64,000 nucleotides of DNA from Acholeplasma sp. (GTDB taxonomy: Bacteria; Bacillota_I; Bacilli_A; Acholeplasmatales; UBA5453): contig JAVBWN010000001.1 of the NCBI GenBank assembly GCA_036677365.1, forward strand, positions 1-64,000. The letters are read 5' to 3'. Below, piece after piece: positions 30,458 through 41,065 of this stretch. The stretch's first letter is position 1. Each line of letters begins with the position of its first letter. Position numbers and translations under genes: made by a program. Below the pieces are notes generated by a model. It searched no databases. It was given only the letters and a program-made list of their open reading frames with translations, and was not told where the DNA came from.

Positions 30458-32425
30458 ATGCGATATATTAAACAAATCGGATTGTTATTTGTCATCTTTA
30501 TGGCATTCATCGGGGTTGGTTATTTGCTCAGTTTTCTACCAAAAGTTTGGATATTGGTTGGTCTTTTCACGAGTATTGCTTTGATCATAGCCATCATGAT
30601 TGGCAATATCATTGGCATGCAAAAAATCAAAAAACTCATGACAAAAGATTTACGTAAACTCAAAAGCATGTACGATGAATCCAATCTTAAAGGGTTTGAC
30701 ACCATTGAAGATATTCAAAAGATGTTAAGTAAAAACCACCATCTGACGAATGCTTATTTGGGCATAGTCATTTCAGCCCTGATACTTTTACCCGCGTTTT
30801 TATTCGCATTAGCCCTACATACCCCAAGCATTCAAATCGCTTTAGTGATATTGATGATGTTTTACATTTCCATGACATCCGAGTTATTTGTCTCACCGAA
30901 CGACCCCTATGGGTATCCGATTGATGCCAAACAATACCCAAAACTTCATGACATACTGTCGTTAGCCAAATCCCTCATGGGCGTGACTTCACCGGTCAAA
31001 TTGTATGTTGTTATAGGTAACAACGCGACCATCACCTATGGTAATCGTAAACACCACATTACCTTAGGTTTACACTTGATTCAGTCTTTAAATGAGAAAG
31101 AATTGATGAGTATTCTTTTACATGAACTTGCCCATTTGGTTCACGAAGATTCCTCTAATGCCAACCGTTGGTACCGTTCGATTGAATGGTTGGATCGATT
31201 ATCTCATTCAGGGACAACAAACATCCTTACACAGTTTTTGTTTCAAGCCATGGCCATCTATTCAAGATTTCAATTTGAAACGTTCAAACAACTCAGTTCG
31301 AAGTTCATAGAACAACGCGCCGATGACGCTTTGTTGGATAAAGGAATCAATTCAACTTACATCAGTGCAGGCTTAAAGATTCAATACTATGAAACATTCC
31401 TATTGGAACCATTTATTTTTGCTAACTTAACCACGAAAGAAGAACCCTCCACGACCCATTTTGAGGATATGCATCAAGAATTCTTGAGCTACTTAGCTGC
31501 CAATAAACCCACACTGGATGAACTTATTCCATTGGAACTTGTCCGCAAACGCCATACCCATCCCACCCTCCATCAACGGATGTCACACTTTGGCGTCGAT
31601 AGCTTTGAAATCGAACCCATGGGTCCATACGATGAAACAGAATTGAAAGAAATGCTAAAGATTTTCAATGAGCTTGCTCCTGGTGGGAAGGAAGATTACG
31701 ATTATACCTATAAATATATATACGCCCCAGCCATCCAAGCAGTGAACGACTATGAAAATAACCCTACCGAAGAGAAGATGTCATTGTACCGATACATTCT
31801 CGGATTATATGATATTGGTCAAGTAGAATCTTACATGAAAGCCACCGAACGATTCATTGAGCTTTATGGGGGAACGGGGTATCTCCACTATGTCAGAGGG
31901 GTCATTCTGATCAACCATTACCACGACCCTAAAGGCATCGATGAAATCTATAAGGCCATTGAAGTTAGTCCAAAATTCACAGAACAACTCGATGTTATTG
32001 GCTATGCTTCGGTGCGACTCGGGTTACAAGAAAAACTCGATGAATTCAAAGTGAAAATGATCGATTTGATTGAACATGCCTTTGAAACTGGATTATATAC
32101 CACTAAAAACAGACGTAAACTCGTATCTGTAGAACCATTCAACTATGAAGAACCCATCATGAATTACCTATTGGATGTGATCCAAGGAGAGAATCTCGCC
32201 TATTCAGCCTATCTGTTTAAGGAAACGTATGCCGATGGCCTACAACAAAACCACCTGATCCTCACTGCGAACATCGAAGACCAACAACGATTCTATTTGG
32301 GTATTCAAAAAGTGAAGATGGCGTTATCTCTCGACAACCAAATGTATCAACTGACCACCCATATGTCGAAATACTACTTCAATAAATTGTTTCAAAAAGT
32401 TCAGCCTTTTTACACCAAAGAATAA
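30458..32425 (+). CDS. M48-family membrane metallopeptidase with helical (TPR-like) C-terminus
   Basis: HELAH, EQRAD, THP motifs; N-terminal TM helices. Confidence 0.8.
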   Translation: MRYIKQIGLLFVIFMAFIGVGYLLSFLPKVWILVGLFTSIALIIAIMIGNIIGMQKIKKLMTKDLRKLKSMYDESNLKGFDTIEDIQKMLSKNHHLTNAYLGIVISALILLPAFLFALALHTPSIQIALVILMMFYISMTSELFVSPNDPYGYPIDAKQYPKLHDILSLAKSLMGVTSPVKLYVVIGNNATITYGNRKHHITLGLHLIQSLNEKELMSILLHELAHLVHEDSSNANRWYRSIEWLDRLSHSGTTNILTQFLFQAMAIYSRFQFETFKQLSSKFIEQRADDALLDKGINSTYISAGLKIQYYETFLLEPFIFANLTTKEEPSTTHFEDMHQEFLSYLAANKPTLDELIPLELVRKRHTHPTLHQRMSHFGVDSFEIEPMGPYDETELKEMLKIFNELAPGGKEDYDYTYKYIYAPAIQAVNDYENNPTEEKMSLYRYILGLYDIGQVESYMKATERFIELYGGTGYLHYVRGVILINHYHDPKGIDEIYKAIEVSPKFTEQLDVIGYASVRLGLQEKLDEFKVKMIDLIEHAFETGLYTTKNRRKLVSVEPFNYEEPIMNYLLDVIQGENLAYSAYLFKETYADGLQQNHLILTANIEDQQRFYLGIQKVKMALSLDNQMYQLTTHMSKYYFNKLFQKVQPFYTKE

Positions 32426-32426
32426 G

Positions 32427-32455
32427 AAAAAAAGCATCCAAATCGGATGCTTTTT
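32427..32455. terminator. Bidirectional terminator
   Basis: AAAAAGCATCC...GGATGCTTTTT. Confidence 0.8.
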
Positions 32456-32463
32456 AAGTTCAA

Positions 32464-33063
32464 TTAGCGGTTGTAGAATTCAACGATTAGTTGTTCTTTA
32501 ACGTCTGGCATAACTTCATTTCTTTCTGGATATCTGACGAATGTACCTACCAATGTAGCTTCATCGAAAGACACGTAATCCTTGCGTAATACCATCTTTT
32601 CAAGCGCAGCCTTGATGACTGTAAGCCCTTTGGATGTTTCACGTAAAGATACTTTTTGTCCAGGAACTAAACGGTAAGATGGAATATCCACTTTGTTACC
32701 GTCAACCAAGAAATGACCGTGGTTGACCAATTGTCTGGCTTGTGCTCTTGTAGCTGCGTAACCTAAACGATAAACAACGTTATCTAATCTAGATTCAAGT
32801 AACTTCAAGAAGTTTTCACCGTGAACACCAGCGAGTTTTCTAGCTTCAACGAATGTCTTATGGAATTGCTTTTCAGAAACGCCATAGGTAAATCTAACCT
32901 TTTGCTTTTCTTGAAGTTGTTGACCATATTCGCTGACTTTACCTCTGCGTTGACCATGTTGGCCAGGTGCGTACGGACGACGTTGTAATTCTTTTCCTGT
33001 TTCAGAAATAGAATAGTTCAAACGACGGGAAATTTTCCAAGATGGACCTGTGTAACGACTCAT
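32464..33063 (-). CDS. rpsD: 30S ribosomal protein S4
   Basis: [34 protein letters not shown]. Confidence 0.98.
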   Translation of the reverse strand: MSRYTGPSWKISRRLNYSISETGKELQRRPYAPGQHGQRRGKVSEYGQQLQEKQKVRFTYGVSEKQFHKTFVEARKLAGVHGENFLKLLESRLDNVVYRLGYAATRAQARQLVNHGHFLVDGNKVDIPSYRLVPGQKVSLRETSKGLTVIKAALEKMVLRKDYVSFDEATLVGTFVRYPERNEVMPDVKEQLIVEFYNR

Positions 33064-33250
33064 TATTTTTACCTCCTTATAGATTTGGTGGTAAAAATGC
33101 ATGTTCAATGTTAAGGTGATCTTCAAATCGTGTTCGCCTTAAAGCAGAAAGGTTACTAGCTACCCCAGTGGGAAGAGATCAGAATCTTAAATTGTTGTGC
33201 CTGCTTTTACCGACAAGTGATATTATATACAATTGTGTGGGTAATGTCAA
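33064..33250 (-). promoter_or_regulatory. rpsD promoter and S4 autoregulatory leader
   Basis: TTGACA(33250-33245)-17-TATAAT(33227-33222); long leader with GTAACC...CTGC...AGGCGAACA resembling Bacilli S4 leaders. Confidence 0.65.
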
Positions 33251-33694
33251 TTATATTTCATATAAATCGATGATGATCTCAGAAAGCTTTTCAAAAAAGA
33301 TTTGTAGCTTCGAATCAAATCGATTAAATAGCGGACTATCGATGTCCATGACACCGATCGCTTGTCCATGTTTAAACAAGGGAATCACGAGTTCTGAATT
33401 CGAATTGGAATCACAGGCGATGTGACCTTCAAATAAGTGCACATCAGGCACATTTAAAATCTTTTTTTGTTGTAAAGAAGTGCCGCACACCCCTTTACCC
33501 AAATCGATTTCAACACAGGCTGGTAAGCCTTGGAATGGCCCTAGAATGAGTTTGTTTTGTTCAAACAAGTAAAAGCCTGCCCAGTTTAAATCCGGGACGT
33601 AAGCCTTGATAAATGCGCTGGCGTTGGACAACAGTGAGACATTGTTTTTGGTTTCTTTTAAGAGTGCTTCAGCACTTTGTAATAACAGTTCCAT
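33251..33694 (-). CDS. msrC: GAF domain protein, free methionine-R-sulfoxide reductase
   Basis: NWAGFY, GPFQGLPAC, GKGVCG, HIACD. Confidence 0.88.
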   Translation of the reverse strand: MELLLQSAEALLKETKNNVSLLSNASAFIKAYVPDLNWAGFYLFEQNKLILGPFQGLPACVEIDLGKGVCGTSLQQKKILNVPDVHLFEGHIACDSNSNSELVIPLFKHGQAIGVMDIDSPLFNRFDSKLQIFFEKLSEIIIDLYEI

Positions 33695-33775
33695 GGGGTA
33701 TACTCCTTTATCATAACAACACCATTATATCAAAAAATAGCATCAGTTTATGGTAAAATGGTTTTTGGTGATAAT

Positions 33776-35038
33776 ATGTCCACATATGATAAAGTACTCA
33801 TTCGCTTTGGCGATTTGATGCTTAAAGGAAAAAATCAAAAAATATTTAGAGAACGTGCCATCGCACTTTTAAAACAAAATACAAAACACTTGGACGTGAC
33901 TTTAGAAAAAAGACACGACAGGCTGTTTTTAGTCATTCAAAACGAGGATATGAAAAAGATTGAACAAGCCTTAATGCACGTCACTGGGATTGGGTCTTTT
34001 AGCTTTGTCATGACCTCAGGCAAAGATTACGATACCATCATTGAAAATGCCATCGCACTCATTGTCAATGAAGTGAAGACCAAAAAGACATTCAAGGTGG
34101 AAACGAAACGTACAGACAAGAGCTTACCACATACCTCTCAAGAAATCACACAAATATTGTCCAAAGGGATTTTAAAAGGTGTACATGAACTGGTGACGGT
34201 AGATGTCAAAAATCCAGAAGTCACCTTACATGTAGAAATCAATGAAACCGAAGCCCTCATCTATTTAGATTCGAAAAAAGGGTTGGGCGGCTTCCCTGTG
34301 GGTGTTGCTGGTAAAGGGCTCTTACTCATTTCTGGGGGGATTGACTCACCTGTTGCTGGATTTTTAGCCATGAAACAAGGGGTAGAAGTCGAAGGGATTC
34401 ACTTTGAATCCACACCGATGACCTCGATCGAATCGGCTCAAAAAGTGATTGAACTCGCAAAGAAGATGTCTTTATATAGTTACAGACAAGAATTTCGTTT
34501 ACACATGGTACCTTTCTTTAAATTACATCAAGAAATCATTGCGAGAATCTCACCAAGCTATGTGATTACAGTGATGCGTCGAATGTTCTTTAGGGTCTCA
34601 GAAAAAGTGGCTCAAAAAAGACATGCGTTGGTCATTGTTACGGGTGAATCGATTGGACAAGTGGCGTCACAAACCTTAGATTCGATGCATACCATTGAAG
34701 CCGTGACGAGTATCCCAATCATCAGACCATTGGTCACCACCGATAAGCAAGACATCATTAAGTTATCCAAACAAATCGATACGTATGATATTTCAATTCA
34801 ACCCTTTGAGGATTGTTGTACAATCTATACCCCAACCGGTTCTTCGACCAAACCCAACATTAAAAAAGCATTAATCAACGAGAAGTTTATGGTGGATTAT
34901 GATAAAATAATAGATGAAATCGTGGCCGAAACGAAGACATTCGTGATTACTCCAAACAGTGATATTCGTTTGGATCAACACGGGTTCACAGTCACGGAAG
35001 CCTGGGAGGCTATGCATGATCACATCGAAGGACAATGA
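33776..35038 (+). CDS. thiI: tRNA 4-thiouridine synthase
   Basis: THUMP domain, PP-loop SGGIDS, GQVASQT, FEDCC. Confidence 0.95.
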   Translation: MSTYDKVLIRFGDLMLKGKNQKIFRERAIALLKQNTKHLDVTLEKRHDRLFLVIQNEDMKKIEQALMHVTGIGSFSFVMTSGKDYDTIIENAIALIVNEVKTKKTFKVETKRTDKSLPHTSQEITQILSKGILKGVHELVTVDVKNPEVTLHVEINETEALIYLDSKKGLGGFPVGVAGKGLLLISGGIDSPVAGFLAMKQGVEVEGIHFESTPMTSIESAQKVIELAKKMSLYSYRQEFRLHMVPFFKLHQEIIARISPSYVITVMRRMFFRVSEKVAQKRHALVIVTGESIGQVASQTLDSMHTIEAVTSIPIIRPLVTTDKQDIIKLSKQIDTYDISIQPFEDCCTIYTPTGSSTKPNIKKALINEKFMVDYDKIIDEIVAETKTFVITPNSDIRLDQHGFTVTEAWEAMHDHIEGQ

Positions 35039-35723
35039 TCAAATCAAACACATCCTTAAACTTCAAACGAAAAAGCATCGTGATTTACATCAGGCTTTTT
35101 TGGTTTATGGCACACATGCAGTAGAAGAAGCCATCAAACAAGGTTTTGAAATCGATGTATATACATCAAACCCTAACCAAGCTGGCACTTTAATCAGTGC
35201 ATCATTGATGAAGCAGTTGTCACTGACCGATTCCCCGTTAACGGTACTCGGTATCGTGAAAAAACCACAACCCAAACCCTTATCTAAACGTATTCTTATG
35301 TTAGAGGATGTTCAAGACCCAGGCAATGTCGGTACGCTCATTCGTAGCGCCGTTGGTTTTGGATTTCAAACCATCATCGCTTCCGATAATTCAGCAGACT
35401 TTTATAATGACAAAACCATCCGCGCGACGCAAGGTAACTTGTTTTATGCGAATCTCTTGAGACAACCTTTAATAGAAACCATTCACCATTTAAAACAACA
35501 AGGCTATACCGTTTACGCGACGGCTTTAGGTAGAAACGCATTAGATATAAAAAACATCCAAGTACCCGAAAAGTGCGTATTAGTTTTAGGCAATGAAGGC
35601 GCGGGTGTTTCTAAAGAAATCATGGCAATCTCAGATCAATTGATTTATATAAAAACCAAAGATATCGAATCCTTAAATGTCGCGATGGCAGGGTCGATCA
35701 TCATGTACGAATGGCAGGTGTGA
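35016..35723 (+). CDS. TrmH/SpoU-family RNA methyltransferase
   Basis: QDPGNVGTLIRSA, GNEGAG, ESLNVA. Confidence 0.92.
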   Translation: MITSKDNDQIKHILKLQTKKHRDLHQAFLVYGTHAVEEAIKQGFEIDVYTSNPNQAGTLISASLMKQLSLTDSPLTVLGIVKKPQPKPLSKRILMLEDVQDPGNVGTLIRSAVGFGFQTIIASDNSADFYNDKTIRATQGNLFYANLLRQPLIETIHHLKQQGYTVYATALGRNALDIKNIQVPEKCVLVLGNEGAGVSKEIMAISDQLIYIKTKDIESLNVAMAGSIIMYEWQV

Positions 35724-35725
35724 CT

Positions 35726-36595
35726 ATGAGTTTAACTGGCTTTTTTGACCAAACAACCCAATCGATCGATGGACAACTTGAGGTGGCGAAGGACCTTGAC
35801 ATCAAGCTGTTGTCTTTGAGGTACTTTGATAACCAACCCTTGTTATCGGTAGATCCAAATACACTCAAACAGCTCCCAATCCGTTTAAAAAAGGATAAAT
35901 GGAGTCTACAAGTGATCGATGCGATGTATCGTTATCACTTATCCACCATCAACAAAAACGATTTAACATTACTATTTCAAAATGCCGAGACATTAGGCAC
36001 GAAATATTTGATTTTAACTTTACCATCCTTAGATAGCTTCGATGTCCAACATGACCAATTGGTAGAGCATATCAAGTATCTATTGGATGAAACGAAGAAG
36101 AAGCATTTTGAATTGGTGTTTGCGATACCTCGTGGATACGCGGTTGGGCAAATCGCTTATTTGATCAATGAAATCAAAACCATCCGTTTTGTGTTCGATG
36201 CCGGATTGATCCATCAAATCGGGTCATCGGTGACGACCAGTTACAGGATCCTCAAAAACAACACACAACTCATCCGCATTTACGATATTGAAAAAGAGAA
36301 TCAGCCTTACTTATTGGGCTTTGGCGTTTCAAACATCATTGAGGTCTTAAAAAAAGCCAATCGAGATAAGTTTAAGGGGTTATATGTGATGGATAATAAC
36401 TTAGCATCCTACATCGAAAATAGACAATCGGTGTATCAACAAAAGAAGTTTTTAGGCCTATTCTCAAAAAACAAAAAAGAAAAGGTCCAATATCAAAAAA
36501 TGGACCAAAAGTTACATATTCCAAATGAGCAGGCATTATCGATGCTAGATATGCATAAGATTTACATATCCGTCATTAAAAAAGTCATTGAGTAA
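35726..36595 (+). CDS. Degenerate sugar-phosphate isomerase/epimerase (AP endonuclease 2-like TIM barrel)
   Basis: LTGFFD...QLEVA start, FVFDAG, LGFG pattern; metal ligands look eroded. Confidence 0.5.
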   Translation: MSLTGFFDQTTQSIDGQLEVAKDLDIKLLSLRYFDNQPLLSVDPNTLKQLPIRLKKDKWSLQVIDAMYRYHLSTINKNDLTLLFQNAETLGTKYLILTLPSLDSFDVQHDQLVEHIKYLLDETKKKHFELVFAIPRGYAVGQIAYLINEIKTIRFVFDAGLIHQIGSSVTTSYRILKNNTQLIRIYDIEKENQPYLLGFGVSNIIEVLKKANRDKFKGLYVMDNNLASYIENRQSVYQQKKFLGLFSKNKKEKVQYQKMDQKLHIPNEQALSMLDMHKIYISVIKKVIE

Positions 36596-36643
36596 AAGGT
36601 GATCAATCACCTTTTTTTGATAAAAAAATAACGAGTTTCCTCG

Positions 36644-37228
36644 TTATTCATCCAACAAATCTTCAGGTTCGAATTCTTCAAACAATGGTTTAGCGCCAGG
36701 GATTTCAGGGTACAACTTAGTCGTAAACATGATGCCATCTAAATGGTCATACTCATGTTGGAAGACGGTCGCTGGATAGCCTGTAAGCGACCCGCGTTTC
36801 AACTTAAACCCATTGGATTCGACATCATAAACAAATGCTTCAAATTTGATGCTTAAATGTCTAGGCGTTAAACCCTCTGTGGGTCTATCGACAGAAAGAC
36901 ACCCTTCGCCCCCATTTAAATAAACCATCTCTTCTGATCTTTGGGTAATTTTTGGGTTAACCACAATCATCGAATACAACTTGCCATCGACATCGTGGAC
37001 ATGCATCGCGAACATCCTTTTAGACACATTGATTTGTGGTGCAGCAATCCCAACACCGGGTCTTAGTTTATATTTTTCTGCCAATTCATCGTCTTGTGAG
37101 TTGATTACATATTGAAACAAAGAAAAGGCGATTTGTTTGTCTTCATCCGAAATTGGCATCGCTACTTTGTCCGCGACACGCGTTAAAGTAGGGTGACCTT
37201 CGCGGATGATATCTTTCATTAAAATCAT
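36644..37228 (-). CDS. def: Peptide deformylase
   Basis: GVGIAAPQ, EGCLS, QHEYDH. Confidence 0.97.
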   Translation of the reverse strand: MILMKDIIREGHPTLTRVADKVAMPISDEDKQIAFSLFQYVINSQDDELAEKYKLRPGVGIAAPQINVSKRMFAMHVHDVDGKLYSMIVVNPKITQRSEEMVYLNGGEGCLSVDRPTEGLTPRHLSIKFEAFVYDVESNGFKLKRGSLTGYPATVFQHEYDHLDGIMFTTKLYPEIPGAKPLFEEFEPEDLLDE

Positions 37229-37324
37229 ATCAAACACCTCGTGTTAATTATAACATATTTACAAATTATCGTGCTTGTTTTGACAAAAAAACCAAAAAAA
37301 CGTATAGTATTTATGGGTGATGTT

Positions 37325-37720
37325 ATGGACCGTATGGCCATTATATTTAAAGCATATGAAGTCGCAGACGAAATTAAATCCACACAAGCGTTTAAAGACT
37401 TGGTCTACTATGGCCAGTACATGCAAACCCAGTTGAAAAATGAAGTGGAAGCCTATCAAAAGGCGATGGCTAAATTCAATGAAGTTCAAAGTCAAGGTGG
37501 GTCTTACCACCCCGATTTTAAGCAAATCATTTTAGCCTTGGGGATTGCGAAAAGGGCTTTGTATGAAAACGAGGCTGTGAAAAAATACTTAGCGGCGGAA
37601 AAAATCATTCAACAAACATTGGATGATTTATCGAGAGATTTGGGTCAAACCATCTCTTCGCACGTTAAAGTACCGAATGAACTGGGTTTATTTAAGGAGA
37701 ATAGTTGTCATGTTGGTTAA
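37325..37720 (+). CDS. ylbF: YlbF/YmcA family regulator
   Basis: Helical protein, YHPDF, ISSHVKVP..., C-terminal Cys; adjacent to ylbG. Confidence 0.75.
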   Translation: MDRMAIIFKAYEVADEIKSTQAFKDLVYYGQYMQTQLKNEVEAYQKAMAKFNEVQSQGGSYHPDFKQIILALGIAKRALYENEAVKKYLAAEKIIQQTLDDLSRDLGQTISSHVKVPNELGLFKENSCHVG

Positions 37721-37943
37721 TCGTATATCGTATATTGTCTACTTCAAAAATAAAGAAGTGGTCAACAAAATAGAAGAATTGGACGTCAAAGTGTTCTATG
37801 TCTCACAAAAATCCAAGTATTGTACCATCTATTTGGATAAGAACAAAGAAAAAGAAGTGAGACAAGCCTTAGAGAAGATGAAAGGTGTATCACGCTATGA
37901 ACCTTCTTTATTACAAGCACAAGATGTAAAATTCGAAGTGTAA
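37710..37943 (+). CDS. ylbG: YlbG/DUF2129 family protein
   Basis: RISYIVYF...YVSQKSKYCTIY; RBS AAGGAG. Confidence 0.7.
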   Translation: MLVNRISYIVYFKNKEVVNKIEELDVKVFYVSQKSKYCTIYLDKNKEKEVRQALEKMKGVSRYEPSLLQAQDVKFEV

Positions 37944-38016
37944 AGGAAAAATGCTTGACATTATCTTTTCCACGCGTATAATAGTAGTGGAAAGATAAAA
38001 AAGGAGTGAACAAACT

Positions 38017-38262
38017 ATGGTAAAAATCAGATTACAACGTTTCGGATCCAATAAGAGCCCATTCTATCGCGTGGTTGCTACTGACGCAACATCACCAAGA
38101 GATGGACGTTTCCTAGAAGTCATTGGTACATATAACCCAGTTAAGAATCCAGCTATTGTTGACATCGACAAAGATAAAGCAGCAAAATGGATCAACAACG
38201 GCGCTAAACCAACCGAAACTGTCAAGAGCTTATTCAAAAAGTATTCCGTTTTAGAAAAATAA
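38017..38262 (+). CDS. rpsP: 30S ribosomal protein S16
   Basis: MVKIRL...PFYRVV...RDGRFLE. Confidence 0.98.
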   Translation: MVKIRLQRFGSNKSPFYRVVATDATSPRDGRFLEVIGTYNPVKNPAIVDIDKDKAAKWINNGAKPTETVKSLFKKYSVLEK

Positions 38263-38283
38263 CATCAAGGGGGATCGAGGAAC

Positions 38284-38532
38284 ATGGCAATCAATTATGA
38301 TGGACTGATTAAAAATATCGTTACGCCATTGGTGCTTCACCCTGAGGATGTACTTGTTAAAACACTTGCGGATGATGGGAGTGACCTTACAATCCAGGTT
38401 CTGGTCAATCAAGAAGACCTAGGCCGTGTCATTGGCAAGGGCGGTAAAATTGCCTCAGCCATTCGTACAATTGTTTATGCTGGTGCTTCTAAAGAAGGCA
38501 AGCACGTTAAAATTGACATTGACGCATTCTAA
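38284..38532 (+). CDS. khpA: KH-domain RNA-binding protein
   Basis: DLGRVIGKGG; follows rpsP. Confidence 0.92.
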   Translation: MAINYDGLIKNIVTPLVLHPEDVLVKTLADDGSDLTIQVLVNQEDLGRVIGKGGKIASAIRTIVYAGASKEGKHVKIDIDAF

Positions 38533-38589
38533 AGAAGAGATGAAAATCTCTTTTTTTTCGACAAAAAAGCATCCTATTGGATGCTTTTA

Positions 38590-39519
38590 CTATTTTTCAG
38601 GATGATATAAAGTGTAGCTGCCTTTACCTTTGGCTTTGGATTGATACATGGTTTTATCGCCTAAGTTTAGTAAGTTGTGATAACCCTTGTTTTCTTCTGT
38701 GATTTGTACAATCCCAATCGAAACACTGATGCCAACTGTTTTCGCAACCTCAGTCAGATTTTCAATATCTCGGATGATTTTTTCTGCTCGTGCTTTGATT
38801 TGTTCTAAAGTATGGTCATAACAATACATGAAGAATTCATCCCCACCCAACCGGTAGTATAAAACATTGTGTTCCCATGTACCAATGAAATAGTGGGCAA
38901 TGTCAATCAGCAATTGGTCACCAGCCTGGTGTCCAAATTGGTCATTCACATACTTGAAGTCATCAATATCGAGGTACATGACATAGGAATTTTGGGTGGA
39001 AGTTAAGTGATTCATATGTAATTTGAGCGTTTCTCTAGAAAACAACTTCGTTAATGGGTCTTGATAGGTTTTTTGATAGTGGATGATTTCAATCGGTGTT
39101 TGTTCATAAATCCTCACCACTTGTGCAAACACGATGTGTTTTTGTTTTACATGGTGTCTTGTAAATGACATATAAAGCCATAAGGGTTCTAGCTGTCTTT
39201 TCACAGGGATATATAAATACAATTCCTGATCAAAGGTGTTGAACTTGTTTCGAATGTTTTGAATGAAACTGTGTCTACCCTCAACCTCAGCGAGTAAATT
39301 GTTCTCATCGACATAAGCAAACAGATTGTTGACAGGGAAATAGGTCCATTCTGGCAGAGATACACTCGATAATTGACCAGAAGTCACACGACACATCAAA
39401 GGCTTTTCATCGATATCGATCACGAAAGACACACGTCTATTTGAAGAAAACGCAATCTCGTTATAAAAATCGATGTTGTATTCGGTTTTCAGCCAATCTA
39501 CGACTTTTGGATCAACCAT
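38590..39519 (-). CDS. Diguanylate cyclase (GGDEF domain)
   Basis: DPLTKL, LDIDDFKYVNDQFGHQAGD, RLGGDEF, SIG, MYQSK. Confidence 0.92.
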   Translation of the reverse strand: MVDPKVVDWLKTEYNIDFYNEIAFSSNRRVSFVIDIDEKPLMCRVTSGQLSSVSLPEWTYFPVNNLFAYVDENNLLAEVEGRHSFIQNIRNKFNTFDQELYLYIPVKRQLEPLWLYMSFTRHHVKQKHIVFAQVVRIYEQTPIEIIHYQKTYQDPLTKLFSRETLKLHMNHLTSTQNSYVMYLDIDDFKYVNDQFGHQAGDQLLIDIAHYFIGTWEHNVLYYRLGGDEFFMYCYDHTLEQIKARAEKIIRDIENLTEVAKTVGISVSIGIVQITEENKGYHNLLNLGDKTMYQSKAKGKGSYTLYHPEK

Positions 39520-39716
39520 GTTGAAATCCCCCCACATTTACCAAATTCATCATATCATATGCGAAACCGATTACAATACCAAAATCATAAAATCCATCCA
39601 ATCGACCATCAAAAGGGGATTGGAACCGTTTTCATTTTTCGTGCCATCGAGAAAATGCCCACGTTCATCCCGGTTTTGATATGATTTTTTTGTGATATAA
39701 TAGAACAGGTGATATT

Positions 39717-40199
39717 ATGGCTTACGAAATCGGAAAAGTGATCAACACCCATGGCATCAAGGGTGAGGTCAAAGTCAAAACCAACAGTGACTTTGATCGT
39801 TTCAAGAAAAACAAAAAAATATATACAATAATCAAAGATCAAAAGGTCGAACTGAAGATTCAAACAGTCAGGGTGGCTTCTGACCATTTGATCATTGGGT
39901 TCGATGCATTCGATAACATCAATCAAGTATTGCATCTCAAGGGTGCCGTTCTTTACACAGACGAAAAACCCAAACTGAAGAAAGATGAATTCCATTATCA
40001 AGATTTAATAGGTAAATCCGTATTCAATCAACATAATGCTTGTGTAGGTATCGTCACAGATATTTTAGAAGTGCCTCAAGGCCATTTACTCCAAGTCGAA
40101 AAAGACGATAAAAAAGCCCTCATTCCTTTTGTGAATGCGTTTGTTAAAACCATCTCAGAAGACCGCATCGATATTGAGGAAATCGAGGGATTGTTATGA
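39717..40199 (+). CDS. rimM: Ribosome maturation factor
   Basis: IGKVINTHGIKGEVKV, LIPFV, IEGLL. Confidence 0.96.
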   Translation: MAYEIGKVINTHGIKGEVKVKTNSDFDRFKKNKKIYTIIKDQKVELKIQTVRVASDHLIIGFDAFDNINQVLHLKGAVLYTDEKPKLKKDEFHYQDLIGKSVFNQHNACVGIVTDILEVPQGHLLQVEKDDKKALIPFVNAFVKTISEDRIDIEEIEGLL

Positions 40200-40930
40200 G
40201 AATTGACATCGTGACAATTTTTCCAGACATGTTGAAAGCGTGTCTCGATGAATCCATCATTCGTCGTGCAGTAGGTATCAACTTAGTTGAAATCAACATC
40301 ATCGATTTGAGGGACTATAGCATACTTAAACACAAAAAAGTGGATGATACGCCTTATGGTGGCGGGGCAGGGATGCTCATGCAATTTCCACCATTTTATC
40401 ATGCGATTGAAGCACTCAAGAAAGACAATTCAACGGTGATCATCACCAGTCCTAGAGGGCAAGTATTCAATCAAAAAATGGCGGAAAGATATGCTTCATT
40501 AGAACATTTAATCATTTTAGCCGGCCATTATGAAGGCATCGATGAACGTGTGTATCACTTCATCGATGAGGAAGTATCGATGGGGGACTTTGTCTTAACG
40601 GGTGGTGAACTCCCGGCAATGATGATTACGGACGCGGTTGTGAGACTTTTAGAGGATGTCATCAAAAAAGAATCCCATGAAAATGATTCATTTTCGATGG
40701 GGTTGTTAGAACACCCACATTATACCAAACCAGCCACGTATAAGGGGTTTGAAGTTCCAGAGGTTTTACGCAATGGCAACCATCAGGAAATAGCCAAGTG
40801 GCGCCGTTATGAAGCGCTTAAACAAACCCTCATAAAACGCCCAGATTTATTAGAAAAAGCGGCATTGTCCAAGACCGATTTGAAGATGTTAGAGGACATC
40901 AAAAACGAATTGAACAAAGAATCCAAATGA
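40196..40930 (+). CDS. trmD: tRNA (guanine-N1)-methyltransferase
   Basis: DDTPYGGGAGM, GHYEGIDER, GDFVLTGGE. Confidence 0.98.
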   Translation: MRIDIVTIFPDMLKACLDESIIRRAVGINLVEINIIDLRDYSILKHKKVDDTPYGGGAGMLMQFPPFYHAIEALKKDNSTVIITSPRGQVFNQKMAERYASLEHLIILAGHYEGIDERVYHFIDEEVSMGDFVLTGGELPAMMITDAVVRLLEDVIKKESHENDSFSMGLLEHPHYTKPATYKGFEVPEVLRNGNHQEIAKWRRYEALKQTLIKRPDLLEKAALSKTDLKMLEDIKNELNKESK

Positions 40931-41004
40931 TTTGTCGATTAAGTCGTAAAAAGACTTGCGCAAGACCTATATCTATGATATAATACGAAATGCCGTTAAA
41001 CCGG

Positions 41005-41050
41005 TAAAGCACAGTGGTCCGCTAGAGAAACCTTTATGAACACTGGAAGA
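41005..41050 (+). promoter_or_regulatory. L19 leader
   Basis: GTGGTCCGCT...ATGAACAC upstream of rplS, matching the Firmicutes L19 leader pattern. Confidence 0.65.
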
Positions 41051-41065
41051 TTAGGAGTGAGTACT

